Assembly (NCBI GenBank): GCA_009692665.1
Contig: SHYT01000008.1
Span: 14,764-78,763 of the forward strand
Direction: 5' to 3'
DNA from: Dehalococcoidia bacterium
Lineage (GTDB): Bacteria; Chloroflexota; Dehalococcoidia; Lucifugimonadales; SHYT01
Length of the DNA stretch: 64,000 nt
A model generated the notes under the pieces. The model saw only the letters and a list, made by a program, of their open reading frames with translations, made no database searches and was not told the origin of the DNA. A program made the translations under genes and the position numbers. This document shows positions 18,809-27,806 of the stretch, in pieces; the first letter of the stretch is position 1, and every line of letters starts with the position of its first letter.

Positions 18809-19481
18809 ACCACCGTTCGAATTTGATGCGCTCTGAGGGCACATGCATGCTCCGCAGGTCCTTATTGAGTCCGTCAACCATTTCTTGTGGCCCGCACAAA
18901 TAAAATACAGGGCGCTTTTTGTCAAACTCTTCTAGTTCCTTGCGCCCGATTCGGCCTTCGCCCGATTCCGTAACGCGGGGCACATAGTGAATGTGGCTGG
19001 CGTTGGCGGCAAGACGGCCCAACTCTTTTCGATACAGTAGCTCGTCAGCGCTATGCACGCTGTGTACAAGTGTGGTCTGAACACGTGGTTCAAACCGCGC
19101 AACGAATCGAACAATGCTCATGAGCGGCGTGAGACCAATGCCTCCCGCGATTAGTAGTAGGTCTTGTGCGGAACCGGGTTTGTAGTAAAAGTCGCCATAA
19201 CCGCCGTCTAAATACAGGGTATCGTCAACCGTTGCGGATTCATGGAGATAGTGGGTCACAGGATTTATTCCCACACGCTTCACTGCCAGCTCAATAAACT
19301 CGGTGTCAGCCGGTGTTGACGTCATTGAATAGCCGGCGACAATCTCCGGCTTTTGGGGGTCCAGATAACAGTCTAGCCATTGGCCGGGCAGGAACTGAAA
19401 TGTCTGTCCGGATAGCACCAGCTTAAACGAGCGTACGGTAGGGGTTTCTTGTGTTATTGCTGCGATTGTGACGCGGATCAT
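18807..19481 (-). CDS. FAD/NAD(P)-binding ferredoxin-reductase-type oxidoreductase
   Basis: FR-type FAD domain (GQWLDCYL, AGYSMTS) and NAD-binding LLLIAGGIGLTPLMSI. ATG 19481 follows GGAG; the longest ORF starts at GTG 19505. Confidence 0.75.
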   Translation of the reverse strand: MIRVTIAAITQETPTVRSFKLVLSGQTFQFLPGQWLDCYLDPQKPEIVAGYSMTSTPADTEFIELAVKRVGINPVTHYLHESATVDDTLYLDGGYGDFYYKPGSAQDLLLIAGGIGLTPLMSIVRFVARFEPRVQTTLVHSVHSADELLYRKELGRLAANASHIHYVPRVTESGEGRIGRKELEEFDKKRPVFYLCGPQEMVDGLNKDLRSMHVPSERIKFERW

Positions 19482-19752
19482 CAAGACTCCAAGTGGCGAA
19501 AGCACCCAGGTTGAGAAGATCAGTCGGCTGAATTATATGGCCCATAGCGTTCAAATGGGCCGGCTATCTTCCAGGAAACCGTGCCCCGTTCACCTGCACT
19601 GTAGTCACGCATGGTAGAATCGGGACATACTGTCAGGACGCAGTTCGGAGCGGCCATCCGCATCACATCTGGCGAGAGTAGTGGTAGCAACGAGCACCTC
19701 TGATACGACCTGTTACCACGGTTATCCTACATTGCAGAAGGAGGCATCCACA

Positions 19753-22146
19753 ATGGTTCAGCAGGCAAAAGAGAAAGCCAAGTATAAAGTCATCGGCACC
19801 AGGCCAATCCGCCATGATGGCGTGGACAAGGTAACAGGGCGTGCCCAGTATGGCGCAGACATCCGGCCTACTGGGCTCCTGTACGCCAAGATGCTCCGCA
19901 GCCCGCACGCGCACGCGCGCATCAAGAAGATAGACGTCAGCCGAGCCTTGGCCCACCCGGGAGTGCGCGCGGTGGTCACGTCCGCGGACCTGGCAGAGCA
20001 ACCGCCCCGCATCGCAGACTTGGGCGAGGGCTCATTTACGAACATGGGATTCCTGTGCATGAACGTCCTCGCGCGCGGAAAGGTCCTGTTCAAAGGCCAC
20101 GCGGTAGCCGCTGTGGCCGCCATCAACGCCCATGTTGCAGAAGAAGCCGTAGGGCTGATTGACGTGGAATACGAGGTGCTTCCTGTCGTTTTGGATGGGC
20201 TGGAGGCCATGAAGCCGGACGCGCCCTTGCTGCACGAGCGTCTCGCAAGCCTTTCCAACCCCAATGTCCGCCCCGGCGGCCTTATGGACGAGAGCGATAA
20301 GCGGAAAGGCAGCAACGTCGCCAACCACTTCGTCTTTGAGATTGGCGATATCGCTAAGGGTTTTGCGCAGGCGTCTATCGTTGTAGAGCGCTGGTACAAG
20401 GTCTCAGCGGCCCATCAGGGGTACATTGAGCCGCTCTCCGCAACGGCCAAATGGAATCCGGACAGCTCGCTCACCATCTGGTGCAGCAGCCAGGGCCACT
20501 TCACTATCCGGGAGCAGACTGCCAAGCTCCTCGGCCTGCCGGTATCCAAGGTCAAAGTAGTCCCAATGGAAATCGGCGGCGGGTTCGGTGCAAAAACCCA
20601 GGTCTTCCTGGAACCCGTTGTCGCCCTCCTCTCCAAAAAGTCTGGCCATCCGGTCAAGATGACTATCAACCGCACGGAGGTCTTTGAGGCCATCGGTCCT
20701 ACGTCCGGCGGCTACGTTCGTGCCAAGATGGGCGTCACCACGGAAGGCCGCATCATTGCCGCGGATGCCACCCTGGTCTACGAGGCTGGCGCGTTCCCAG
20801 GTTCTCCCGTCAGCGGCGGCGCGCAGTGCCTCCTCGGCCCGTACGACATCCCGAACGCGCGCGTTGAGGGATACGACGTCGTGGTAAACAAGCCCAAAGT
20901 CACCGCCTATCGCGCCCCCGGCGCGCCCAGCGGTGCCTTCGCGGCCGAGTCTCTAATAGATGAAATCGCACAGCAGCTCAAGATGGACCCCATAGACTTC
21001 CGGTTAATGAACTCCGCCAAAGAAGGTACGCGCAGGGTGAGCGGTCCCGTCTTCGGCAGCGTCGGCTTTGTAGAGGTGCTGAAGGCCGCCAAAGCGCACC
21101 CGCATTGGAAGGCCCCGCTTACTGGCAAGAACCGTGGGCGCGGTGTGGCTGCTGGGTTCTGGCACAACGGTGCCGGGCCCGCCAGCGCTACGGTCAGTGT
21201 CAACGCGGATGGCACGGTCAACCTCGTGGAAGGCTCGCCGGACATCGGAGGCAGCCGCGCTACCGCTGCTATGCAGGTGGCTGAGGTGCTGGGCTTGCGC
21301 GCGGAAGACGTTCGGCCCCAGGTGGCGGACACCGAGTCCATTGGCTTCACGTCTACCACCGGCGGCAGCGGCGCAACCTTCAAGACCGGCTGGGCCTCCC
21401 ATGACGCCGCCCAAGAGGTGAAGCAGCAAATGCTGGCCCGCGCCGCTACCATCTGGAATGTGAAACCTGACGATCTTAAGTACGAGGGAGGGGTGATCTC
21501 CCACAAGTCGGATCCCGCCCTCCGCATGCCCTTCCGTGACCTGGCGGCCAGGCTGAATGACACCGGCGGCCCCATTGCTGGCCGTGGCGCCGTGAACCCA
21601 CGTGGTGTAGGCGCGGCCCTCTCCGTCAACATCGCGGACGTTGAGGTTGACCCGGACACCGGCAAGACAACTGTCCTGCGCTATACCGCAATTCAGGACG
21701 TCGGTACCGCCATCCACCCAAGTTACGTGGAGGGCCAAATGCAAGGTGGCGCCGTCCAGGGCATCGGCTGGGCATTGACGGAAGAGTTCTATTTCAGCGA
21801 CAAGGGCCAGATGATGAACTCTTCGTTCTTGGACTACCGCATGCCTACCGCGCTGGACATCCCCATGATCGATACGGTCGTCGTCGAGGTGCCCAACCCA
21901 GGCCACCCATTCGGAGTGCGCGGCGTCGGCGAAGTCTGCATCGTGCCTCCGCTGGCGGCCATCGGCAACGCAATCCACCGCGCTACTGGCGTTCGCATGC
22001 ATACCCTGCCCATGAGCCCAAACAATCTTCAGCGGGCAATCGCTAAGAAAGGCGATGATGTCCACTGGACGGTTCCTACCAGCAACGGCGCGTCGCAGTC
22101 CATGAAAGCCGCCGTAGACGCCGAAGGTATCGAGCGCCATGAGTAA
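19753..22146 (+). CDS. Xanthine dehydrogenase/aldehyde oxidase-family molybdopterin-binding large subunit (L1)
   Basis: IGTRPIRHDGVDKVTGRAQYGAD N-terminus, AYRAPGAP, and the C-terminal RGVGEVCIVPPLAAIGNAI Glu loop. ATG 19753 follows GAAGGAGG. Confidence 0.9.
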   Translation: MVQQAKEKAKYKVIGTRPIRHDGVDKVTGRAQYGADIRPTGLLYAKMLRSPHAHARIKKIDVSRALAHPGVRAVVTSADLAEQPPRIADLGEGSFTNMGFLCMNVLARGKVLFKGHAVAAVAAINAHVAEEAVGLIDVEYEVLPVVLDGLEAMKPDAPLLHERLASLSNPNVRPGGLMDESDKRKGSNVANHFVFEIGDIAKGFAQASIVVERWYKVSAAHQGYIEPLSATAKWNPDSSLTIWCSSQGHFTIREQTAKLLGLPVSKVKVVPMEIGGGFGAKTQVFLEPVVALLSKKSGHPVKMTINRTEVFEAIGPTSGGYVRAKMGVTTEGRIIAADATLVYEAGAFPGSPVSGGAQCLLGPYDIPNARVEGYDVVVNKPKVTAYRAPGAPSGAFAAESLIDEIAQQLKMDPIDFRLMNSAKEGTRRVSGPVFGSVGFVEVLKAAKAHPHWKAPLTGKNRGRGVAAGFWHNGAGPASATVSVNADGTVNLVEGSPDIGGSRATAAMQVAEVLGLRAEDVRPQVADTESIGFTSTTGGSGATFKTGWASHDAAQEVKQQMLARAATIWNVKPDDLKYEGGVISHKSDPALRMPFRDLAARLNDTGGPIAGRGAVNPRGVGAALSVNIADVEVDPDTGKTTVLRYTAIQDVGTAIHPSYVEGQMQGGAVQGIGWALTEEFYFSDKGQMMNSSFLDYRMPTALDIPMIDTVVVEVPNPGHPFGVRGVGEVCIVPPLAAIGNAIHRATGVRMHTLPMSPNNLQRAIAKKGDDVHWTVPTSNGASQSMKAAVDAEGIERHE

Positions 22147-22171
22147 TTCCTAACCAAGGGCCGCAAGAAGA

Positions 22172-22200
22172 AGCTAGGGCGGGTACATCCCGCCCTAGCT
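22172..22200 (+). terminator. Terminator hairpin after L1
   Basis: Perfect 12-bp stem AGCTAGGGCGGG / CCCGCCCTAGCT with a TACAT loop, 26 nt after the stop. No strong T tract. Confidence 0.5.
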
Positions 22201-22362
22201 GTTATGAGGATGTCCGTCGAGCGCAGCGAAGGAGAAATCCTCCCGCCCTCGTATCCAATCCAACTACATGGCCGCTGAGGCTGCTCTCGCACTACCCAAG
22301 AGCCTTACACAAAAATGCTCGGTGCATGCACGAAAAGCCGCCGCCATCCACACGACCTTCTG

Positions 22363-22512
22363 TTGTCATTCTGAACCGCAGTGTTACCCGACTCGGTGTT
22401 ACACGACTGCTAACAGTAGGGCTCCGCGTAGGGTGAAGAATCCGCAGCCCTTCGCAGACTCCGAGCCGGGCCGAGGGGTCGCAGATCCTGAGCCAAAGCC
22501 GAAGGAGAGAAA
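22363..22512. repeat. Intergenic repeat cluster C
   Basis: GTTACCCGACT (22383), GGGTGAAGAATCCGCAGCCCTTCG (22431-22454), cores CGCAGACTCCGAGCC (22453-22467) and GTCGCAGATCCTGAGCC (22478-22494), then AAAGCCGAAGGAGAG. Co-linear with part of cluster B. Confidence 0.6.
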
Positions 22513-23263
22513 CGTCCCGACCTTTTTGTCCAAAACCACTACCTAAAGAAAGCGATCATCAACCCCTTGCTTCACACCTCTCGCGGCGAAATACTTGAAA
22601 GAGTGCGGAGTCGTGCTCTGGCTCGCTACGAAAACAATGTGCAATTGAAAACGTGCCAACCAGCAGCCAGTGGCACTGTGGCTAATCCGAAGTGCCGTTC
22701 TAAGTTGCACTGCAACTCCTCAGAAATACCTGACTGCCTGGCGTGACGCGGCCTTGCACGAAAATCTGCCCTGAGGATACTCGTGCGCAGGCACGCTCAG
22801 TCCCCCCTCCTGCGAGAGTGGGCGAGGGTGCTACGCAACACCCCGTGCCGATGCACTTGCACTCAAGCACCAAACAGTTTGAAAGCAAAGCCCCCGTGAG
22901 CAATGGAAAGGGGCAAGGAAGTAACGTTACATAATAAGTTAGCTAGTAAAGTACAGGAGGGGTCATGAAGGCTCACCACGCTGGGGACTGTGTTTCTACA
23001 AGGGGCAATCTTGATCCCAGAATCAGGGCAAGGTATCTTGTGACACCCTCAGTGCCTGGGCCATCGCGGGCCAGTTGCGACACAATGCACTCATTCCTGT
23101 AATCCTCAACGGCAATGCAGCGGAAGTCGTTAACGCTGCATCTCCCGCTCCAATGACAGTAGTGGCCATACTTGGCAGGCTTGACGTATAACAGTAAGAT
23201 TCATGCAACCTGCAAGTACCCACAGCGGCACAATACGGAAGTATCTAGCAAGAAGGGGACTCG

Positions 23264-25588
23264 ATGACAACTACCTCTGGTCGCACAAATACCCCTGCCA
23301 CCCAATACAAAGTCGTCGGCACAAGGCCAATTCGCCACGATGGAGCGGATAAAGTAACAGGGCGCGCTCGGTATGGCCTAGACTTCAACGTGGTAGGTCT
23401 GCTGCATGGGAAAATCCTTCGTAGCCCACACGTACATGCCAGGATCAAGTCCATTGACACCAGCGCAGCCGAAAAGTTGCCAGGGGTTAAGGCGGTAGTC
23501 ACAGCGCGTGATTTCCCCGCCAACCCGAAAGGCCAACCCATCGATTTTGCGGAAGCGGGCGCCGACGTCCGCGTACTAGCCGAAAATATCATGGCTGGCC
23601 GAGTGGTCTTGTACCAGGGCCATGCGGTTGCAGCAGTCGCCGCTACCAACGAGCATATTGCGGAAGAAGCCCTGGGTCTCATCAAGGTAGAGTACGAAGT
23701 ATTGCCTGCATTGCTGGACGTGCGGGAATCCATGAAACCGGATGCGCCTCTTATCCACGAAAAGCTGACTACATTTTTTACAAAGGACCGGCAGGGTAGA
23801 GGCGAGAACACCGGCGTCAAGAGCAACATCGCCACCCACTTGCAGTTTAAGCGCGGTGACCTCGCCACTGGCTTCAAAGAAGCCCACGTCGTCGTGGAAC
23901 GAGAGTTCACAACCTCCATGGTGCATCAGGGCTATATCGAGCCCTACGTCTCTACAGGTCAGTGGGGGAAAGACGGGCGTATCACTGTTTGGACGAGCAC
24001 ACAGAATCCGTTTGGCATACGGGCTTCCACTGCCGCAATCCTTGGAGTGCCTGAGTCCACAGTTAAGGTCGTCTCCATGGAAATTGGCGGCGGGTTCGGT
24101 GGCAAGCAACCCGCGTACCTGGATCCCGTGGCAGCCATGTTGTCCAAGAAGAGCGGTCGTCCGGTCAAGATCGTCATGACGCGCAAAGAAGTGTTTGATA
24201 GCACTGGCCCTGCCTCCGGCTCGTACCTGCGTTGCAAAATCGGCGCCACAAAGGACGGGCGGATCACTGCGGCCGAACTGTATTTGGCGTACGAGGCTGG
24301 TGCATTTCCAGGTTCACCAATCGCTGGCGGCGCAATGAGTAGCTTTGGCCCGTACAAAGTGGAAAACATGATGGTTGAAGGCTACGATGTGGTCGTCAAC
24401 AAGCCCAAAGTGCAGGCCTACCGTGCCCCCGGGCAACCACAGACAAACTTCGCTGTTGAGTCGGTAGTCGACGAGTTAGCTCAGAAGCTGGGTATAGATC
24501 CCCTGGAGTTTCGTATAAAGAACGCCACAGACGAGGGAGACCTGATGCCGAGTGGCATGGTGTTCCCTCCGATGGGTCTGAAGCAATTAGAAGAAGCAAT
24601 GAAGAACCACGATCACTATAAAACGCCATTGACTGGTCCCAATCGTGGTCGTGGGATTGCAGTGGGGTATCGTTTCAACGGTGGGGGAGTCTCCTCTGCG
24701 ACAATCAATGTAAACGACGATGGTACAGTCGCGCTGGTTACCGGATCAGTGGATATTGGAGGAACGCGAACATCTGTCGCGATGCAGGCGGCCGAAGTGC
24801 TTGGGCTTCGTGCAGAGGATGTCACCCCAACTGTGGTTGACACCGATTCGATTGGGTGGACCGGCACAACCGCCGGTAGCCGGGTTACTTTTGATACGGG
24901 CTTAGCCGCCATTACGACTGCGGAAGAAGTGAAGCGGCTTATGATCGCGCGGGCTGCCAAGATCTGGGAAGTACCGCCGGCGGAGGTTGCTTTTAAAGAC
25001 GGCGTCTTCACCTCCTTGAAGAATCCCAACGATAAGCTTACCTTCAAGCAATTGGCTGCTAGATTGCGAGCCACTGGCGGTCCTGTCACTGCTTCAGCAA
25101 TCAATGGCTCCACAGGCGTTGGTCCAATCTTCGCCGGCAATATCATAGACGTAGAGGTAGATCCCGAAACTGGGAAGGTTCAAATCTTGCGGTGCACAGC
25201 ATTCATGGACGCAGGCAAGGCCGTCCATCCCAGCTACGTAGAAGGCCAACTTCAAGGTGGTACTGCACAGGGAATTGGTTGGGCCTTAAACGAGGAGTAC
25301 TTCCTCACCAAGGAAGGTGGTATGGCCAATTCCACGTTCCTGGACTACCGCATGCCAACGGCGCTGGATTTGCCCCTGATAGATACGGTGCTTATTGAGG
25401 TGCCAAATCCACGGCATCCGTTTGGACTGCGTGGCGTCGGGGAGGTTCCCATTGTGCCGCCGCCAGCTGCTCTTGCAAATGCCATCGCACGGGCGACCGG
25501 AGCGCGGCTTACCAAGCTTCCCATGAAACCTGGCACTATTTGGGAAGCAGTAGAAGCACACAAGGCAGCCACCAAAACCAAGAAGTAG
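23264..25588 (+). CDS. Xanthine dehydrogenase/aldehyde oxidase-family molybdopterin-binding large subunit (L2, paralog of L1)
   Basis: VGTRPIRHDGADKVTGRARYG, AYRAPGQP and RGVGEVPIVPPPAALANAI are co-linear with L1 over the whole length. Confidence 0.9.
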   Translation: MTTTSGRTNTPATQYKVVGTRPIRHDGADKVTGRARYGLDFNVVGLLHGKILRSPHVHARIKSIDTSAAEKLPGVKAVVTARDFPANPKGQPIDFAEAGADVRVLAENIMAGRVVLYQGHAVAAVAATNEHIAEEALGLIKVEYEVLPALLDVRESMKPDAPLIHEKLTTFFTKDRQGRGENTGVKSNIATHLQFKRGDLATGFKEAHVVVEREFTTSMVHQGYIEPYVSTGQWGKDGRITVWTSTQNPFGIRASTAAILGVPESTVKVVSMEIGGGFGGKQPAYLDPVAAMLSKKSGRPVKIVMTRKEVFDSTGPASGSYLRCKIGATKDGRITAAELYLAYEAGAFPGSPIAGGAMSSFGPYKVENMMVEGYDVVVNKPKVQAYRAPGQPQTNFAVESVVDELAQKLGIDPLEFRIKNATDEGDLMPSGMVFPPMGLKQLEEAMKNHDHYKTPLTGPNRGRGIAVGYRFNGGGVSSATINVNDDGTVALVTGSVDIGGTRTSVAMQAAEVLGLRAEDVTPTVVDTDSIGWTGTTAGSRVTFDTGLAAITTAEEVKRLMIARAAKIWEVPPAEVAFKDGVFTSLKNPNDKLTFKQLAARLRATGGPVTASAINGSTGVGPIFAGNIIDVEVDPETGKVQILRCTAFMDAGKAVHPSYVEGQLQGGTAQGIGWALNEEYFLTKEGGMANSTFLDYRMPTALDLPLIDTVLIEVPNPRHPFGLRGVGEVPIVPPPAALANAIARATGARLTKLPMKPGTIWEAVEAHKAATKTKK

Positions 25589-25760
25589 CCTTAATTCCTT
25601 TAAGAGGGGTCTGCGTAGACCTATCTGGAGAGCATATATGGTAGAGTAGACCACCTTTGTAAAATGGCGCCAGGCTTACAGGACGGGCCAGCAATAGGGT
25701 TGCTGAACGACAATGGCTAGGAAGCAGCGCTTAAGTTCATACGTGAAGGAGGCGGGTTCT

Positions 25761-27698
25761 ATGCATCGACATGTGCGGCTGACCGGTTCACTACTTGTGG
25801 GACTAGCATTCGTTTTGCTACTAGGTGTTGCCTGTGCCAGCTCCACCAAGACACCTGCGCCAACCACCCCGTCGGCGACACCTTCCACCGCGCCGGCCCC
25901 GGCGCCAACTGCCACACCAACTCCAGCGCCTGGTAAGACGACCCCAGCACCCACGCCAGCAGCGCCGTCCGCGCAAGGGCAGGTACCGCCCAAGACGGGT
26001 GGCCCACTCGGCATCGAAGTCCCAATTCCGCTCCGTCAGGACACTGACGCTAGCTACGTCAACTCGTATCCTGGCGCCGCGCTGTTCTACAAGTATGATA
26101 GGAACAAGCTCCGGCTCTGGGAAAAAGCGACCTACGGCGGCGACAACAAGGGAGTTGGATCGTCGACCCCAAGCTTTTATGATCCTACAAGGTTCATCAT
26201 CTTGAGCCGGACCAACTTCTATGGCATGCTGCTCCTCCAAGACCTTGGGCTGTGCAGCTTGGTGGGACGGCAGGACTTTTCTACGTGCAGCGGCACACGC
26301 ACCTACAACACCACCACGGTGGTCGTTCCAGGCATCTTCCAGACGTGGGAGCATCCAGACGCATTGACCTGGGTGTTCCACATCCGTCAGGGCGTCCTTT
26401 GGCCGGCCATTGCACCAATGACTCGCTCTGACCGCCAGGTCACTGCTGAGGACGTCAAGTTCTTCTACGAGACCATGGCGCAGGGTGTGATGAAGACTAC
26501 GTTTGAGCGCGTGGCCAAGATTGAGGCCACGGACCGCTCCACGGTGAAGATCACGCTCAGTCAGCCGGAGGCAGAATTCCTGTATGCGCTCACCCACCAC
26601 AACTTTGGGATCTTCTCTAAGGAATGCTACGACGACAAGCAGAATTGCTGGGGTAAAAAGGTTATCTCGCCCGGGCCGTTTGTCATAACAGTCGATGAGC
26701 CCAGGGTAAAGTTCACTCTGGACAAGAACCCAGAATTCTGGCTCAAGGGCCTACCCTATGTGGACCGCAAGAGCATTGTGTACATTTCTGACCCCAACGC
26801 CCAAAAGTCCGCGTTTGTGACGGGCCAGTTGGACGACATTACGATCCAGACGCCGGGCGAGATCTCTCAGTTAGAGAAGCAGGTCCCTGGTGTTCAGGTC
26901 GACTTGGTCTATGGGCCGCCGGGCCAGGCCAGCTATGAGTTCCAAGCCAATAAGGCGCCCTTCAATGATATACGGGTGCGGCGGGCCATCTCCATGGCTC
27001 TCGATAGGCGCAACATCTGGGCAGGCGGATCCGAAGGCAATATGCTCCCCGGTATGCCTATGCCCTGGCACCTTATGGGCCGGGAGCTACCGATCAAGCT
27101 GGAGGAATCCGGCCCGTGGTATCAGTACGATCCCGTGAAGGCGAAGCAACTGTTGACCGAAGCGGGCTATGCTGATGGTATGAAGATCACTGTCAACGCC
27201 ACGGCCACCAGCGGACAGCTGTTTGATATGAATACCGTGGCAGCTGCACAGTTGAAGAAGAACCTCAATATTGAGCTGATGTATAAGGCGGTTGACTCCG
27301 TTGCTCTGACGAACCTATATAACTCAGCCAACTGGGACGGCTTCCACTACACCCAGTGCGGCGTCATTGGCTGCGCGGCGCAGGATGCCACAACGTACAT
27401 CCTTGCTTACTACTCCAAGAGCCCTATCAATACCCATGGCGTCATCGATCCCAAGTATGACGACATGTACCAAAGGTGGCGTGCCAGCACTACGATCAAG
27501 GTGTTCCAGGATATCCTCTGGGAAATGAACACCTATGAAATGGACCAGGTGTATAGAATCTGGGTCGGAGGACTTGGCTATTTCCAGGTGCTCCAGCCAT
27601 GGATGGAAAACGCGTCAACACATGTAACTACTTGGGGCGGTGTAACGAACGGGCCGGGCTGGGTGCAAATGATCAATCCTGCTAGGAAGCCCAAGTAG
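25761..27698 (+). CDS. Lipoprotein, ABC-type family-5 solute-binding protein (SBP2)
   Basis: ATG 25761 follows GAAGGAGG. Signal peptide with lipobox (LLGVAC), a long Pro/Thr/Ala tether and an SBP_bac_5-like body. More distant paralog of SBP1 and SBP3. Confidence 0.85.
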   Translation: MHRHVRLTGSLLVGLAFVLLLGVACASSTKTPAPTTPSATPSTAPAPAPTATPTPAPGKTTPAPTPAAPSAQGQVPPKTGGPLGIEVPIPLRQDTDASYVNSYPGAALFYKYDRNKLRLWEKATYGGDNKGVGSSTPSFYDPTRFIILSRTNFYGMLLLQDLGLCSLVGRQDFSTCSGTRTYNTTTVVVPGIFQTWEHPDALTWVFHIRQGVLWPAIAPMTRSDRQVTAEDVKFFYETMAQGVMKTTFERVAKIEATDRSTVKITLSQPEAEFLYALTHHNFGIFSKECYDDKQNCWGKKVISPGPFVITVDEPRVKFTLDKNPEFWLKGLPYVDRKSIVYISDPNAQKSAFVTGQLDDITIQTPGEISQLEKQVPGVQVDLVYGPPGQASYEFQANKAPFNDIRVRRAISMALDRRNIWAGGSEGNMLPGMPMPWHLMGRELPIKLEESGPWYQYDPVKAKQLLTEAGYADGMKITVNATATSGQLFDMNTVAAAQLKKNLNIELMYKAVDSVALTNLYNSANWDGFHYTQCGVIGCAAQDATTYILAYYSKSPINTHGVIDPKYDDMYQRWRASTTIKVFQDILWEMNTYEMDQVYRIWVGGLGYFQVLQPWMENASTHVTTWGGVTNGPGWVQMINPARKPK

Positions 27699-27726
27699 AG
27701 CCTTCTTGCAACCTTGACTTTAGGCT

Positions 27727-27769
27727 GATAGCATCGCCAGAGGAGTGTCAATGCTCTGGCGATGCTATC
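27727..27769 (+). promoter_or_regulatory. Intercistronic hairpin between SBP2 and LLM-A2
   Basis: Perfect 16-bp inverted repeat GATAGCATCGCCAGAG / CTCTGGCGATGCTATC with an 11-nt loop. No T tract. Confidence 0.5.
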
Positions 27770-27806
27770 GTGCTGCAAGAGTTGAAACGGAAAAAGGGGA
27801 AGTTCC

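Noticed and set aside
21004-22140. 378-aa ORF antisense to the L1 molybdopterin subunit gene. Similar long antisense ORFs occur at 15180-15956, 20907-21665, 55403-56263, 58299-58901, 59455-60189 and 61332-62015.
   Set aside because: The translations are Arg/His/Gly/Pro-rich with no recognisable motif and no RBS. Each mirrors a strongly supported gene on the other strand. These are typical shadow ORFs of GC-rich DNA.
13441-22512. CRISPR array.
   Set aside because: The repeated cores are degenerate and irregularly spaced, and they occur in only 2-3 copies per locus. No cas genes are present.
22147-23263. Possible Moco riboswitch upstream of the second Mo-enzyme gene. I considered this because strings such as ACTCCGAGCC followed later by AGGAGA occur there.
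   Set aside because: The same strings recur in clusters A and B next to unrelated genes, so they belong to the repeat family. I cannot reproduce the multi-stem Moco fold by eye. A cmsearch with RF01055 would settle it.
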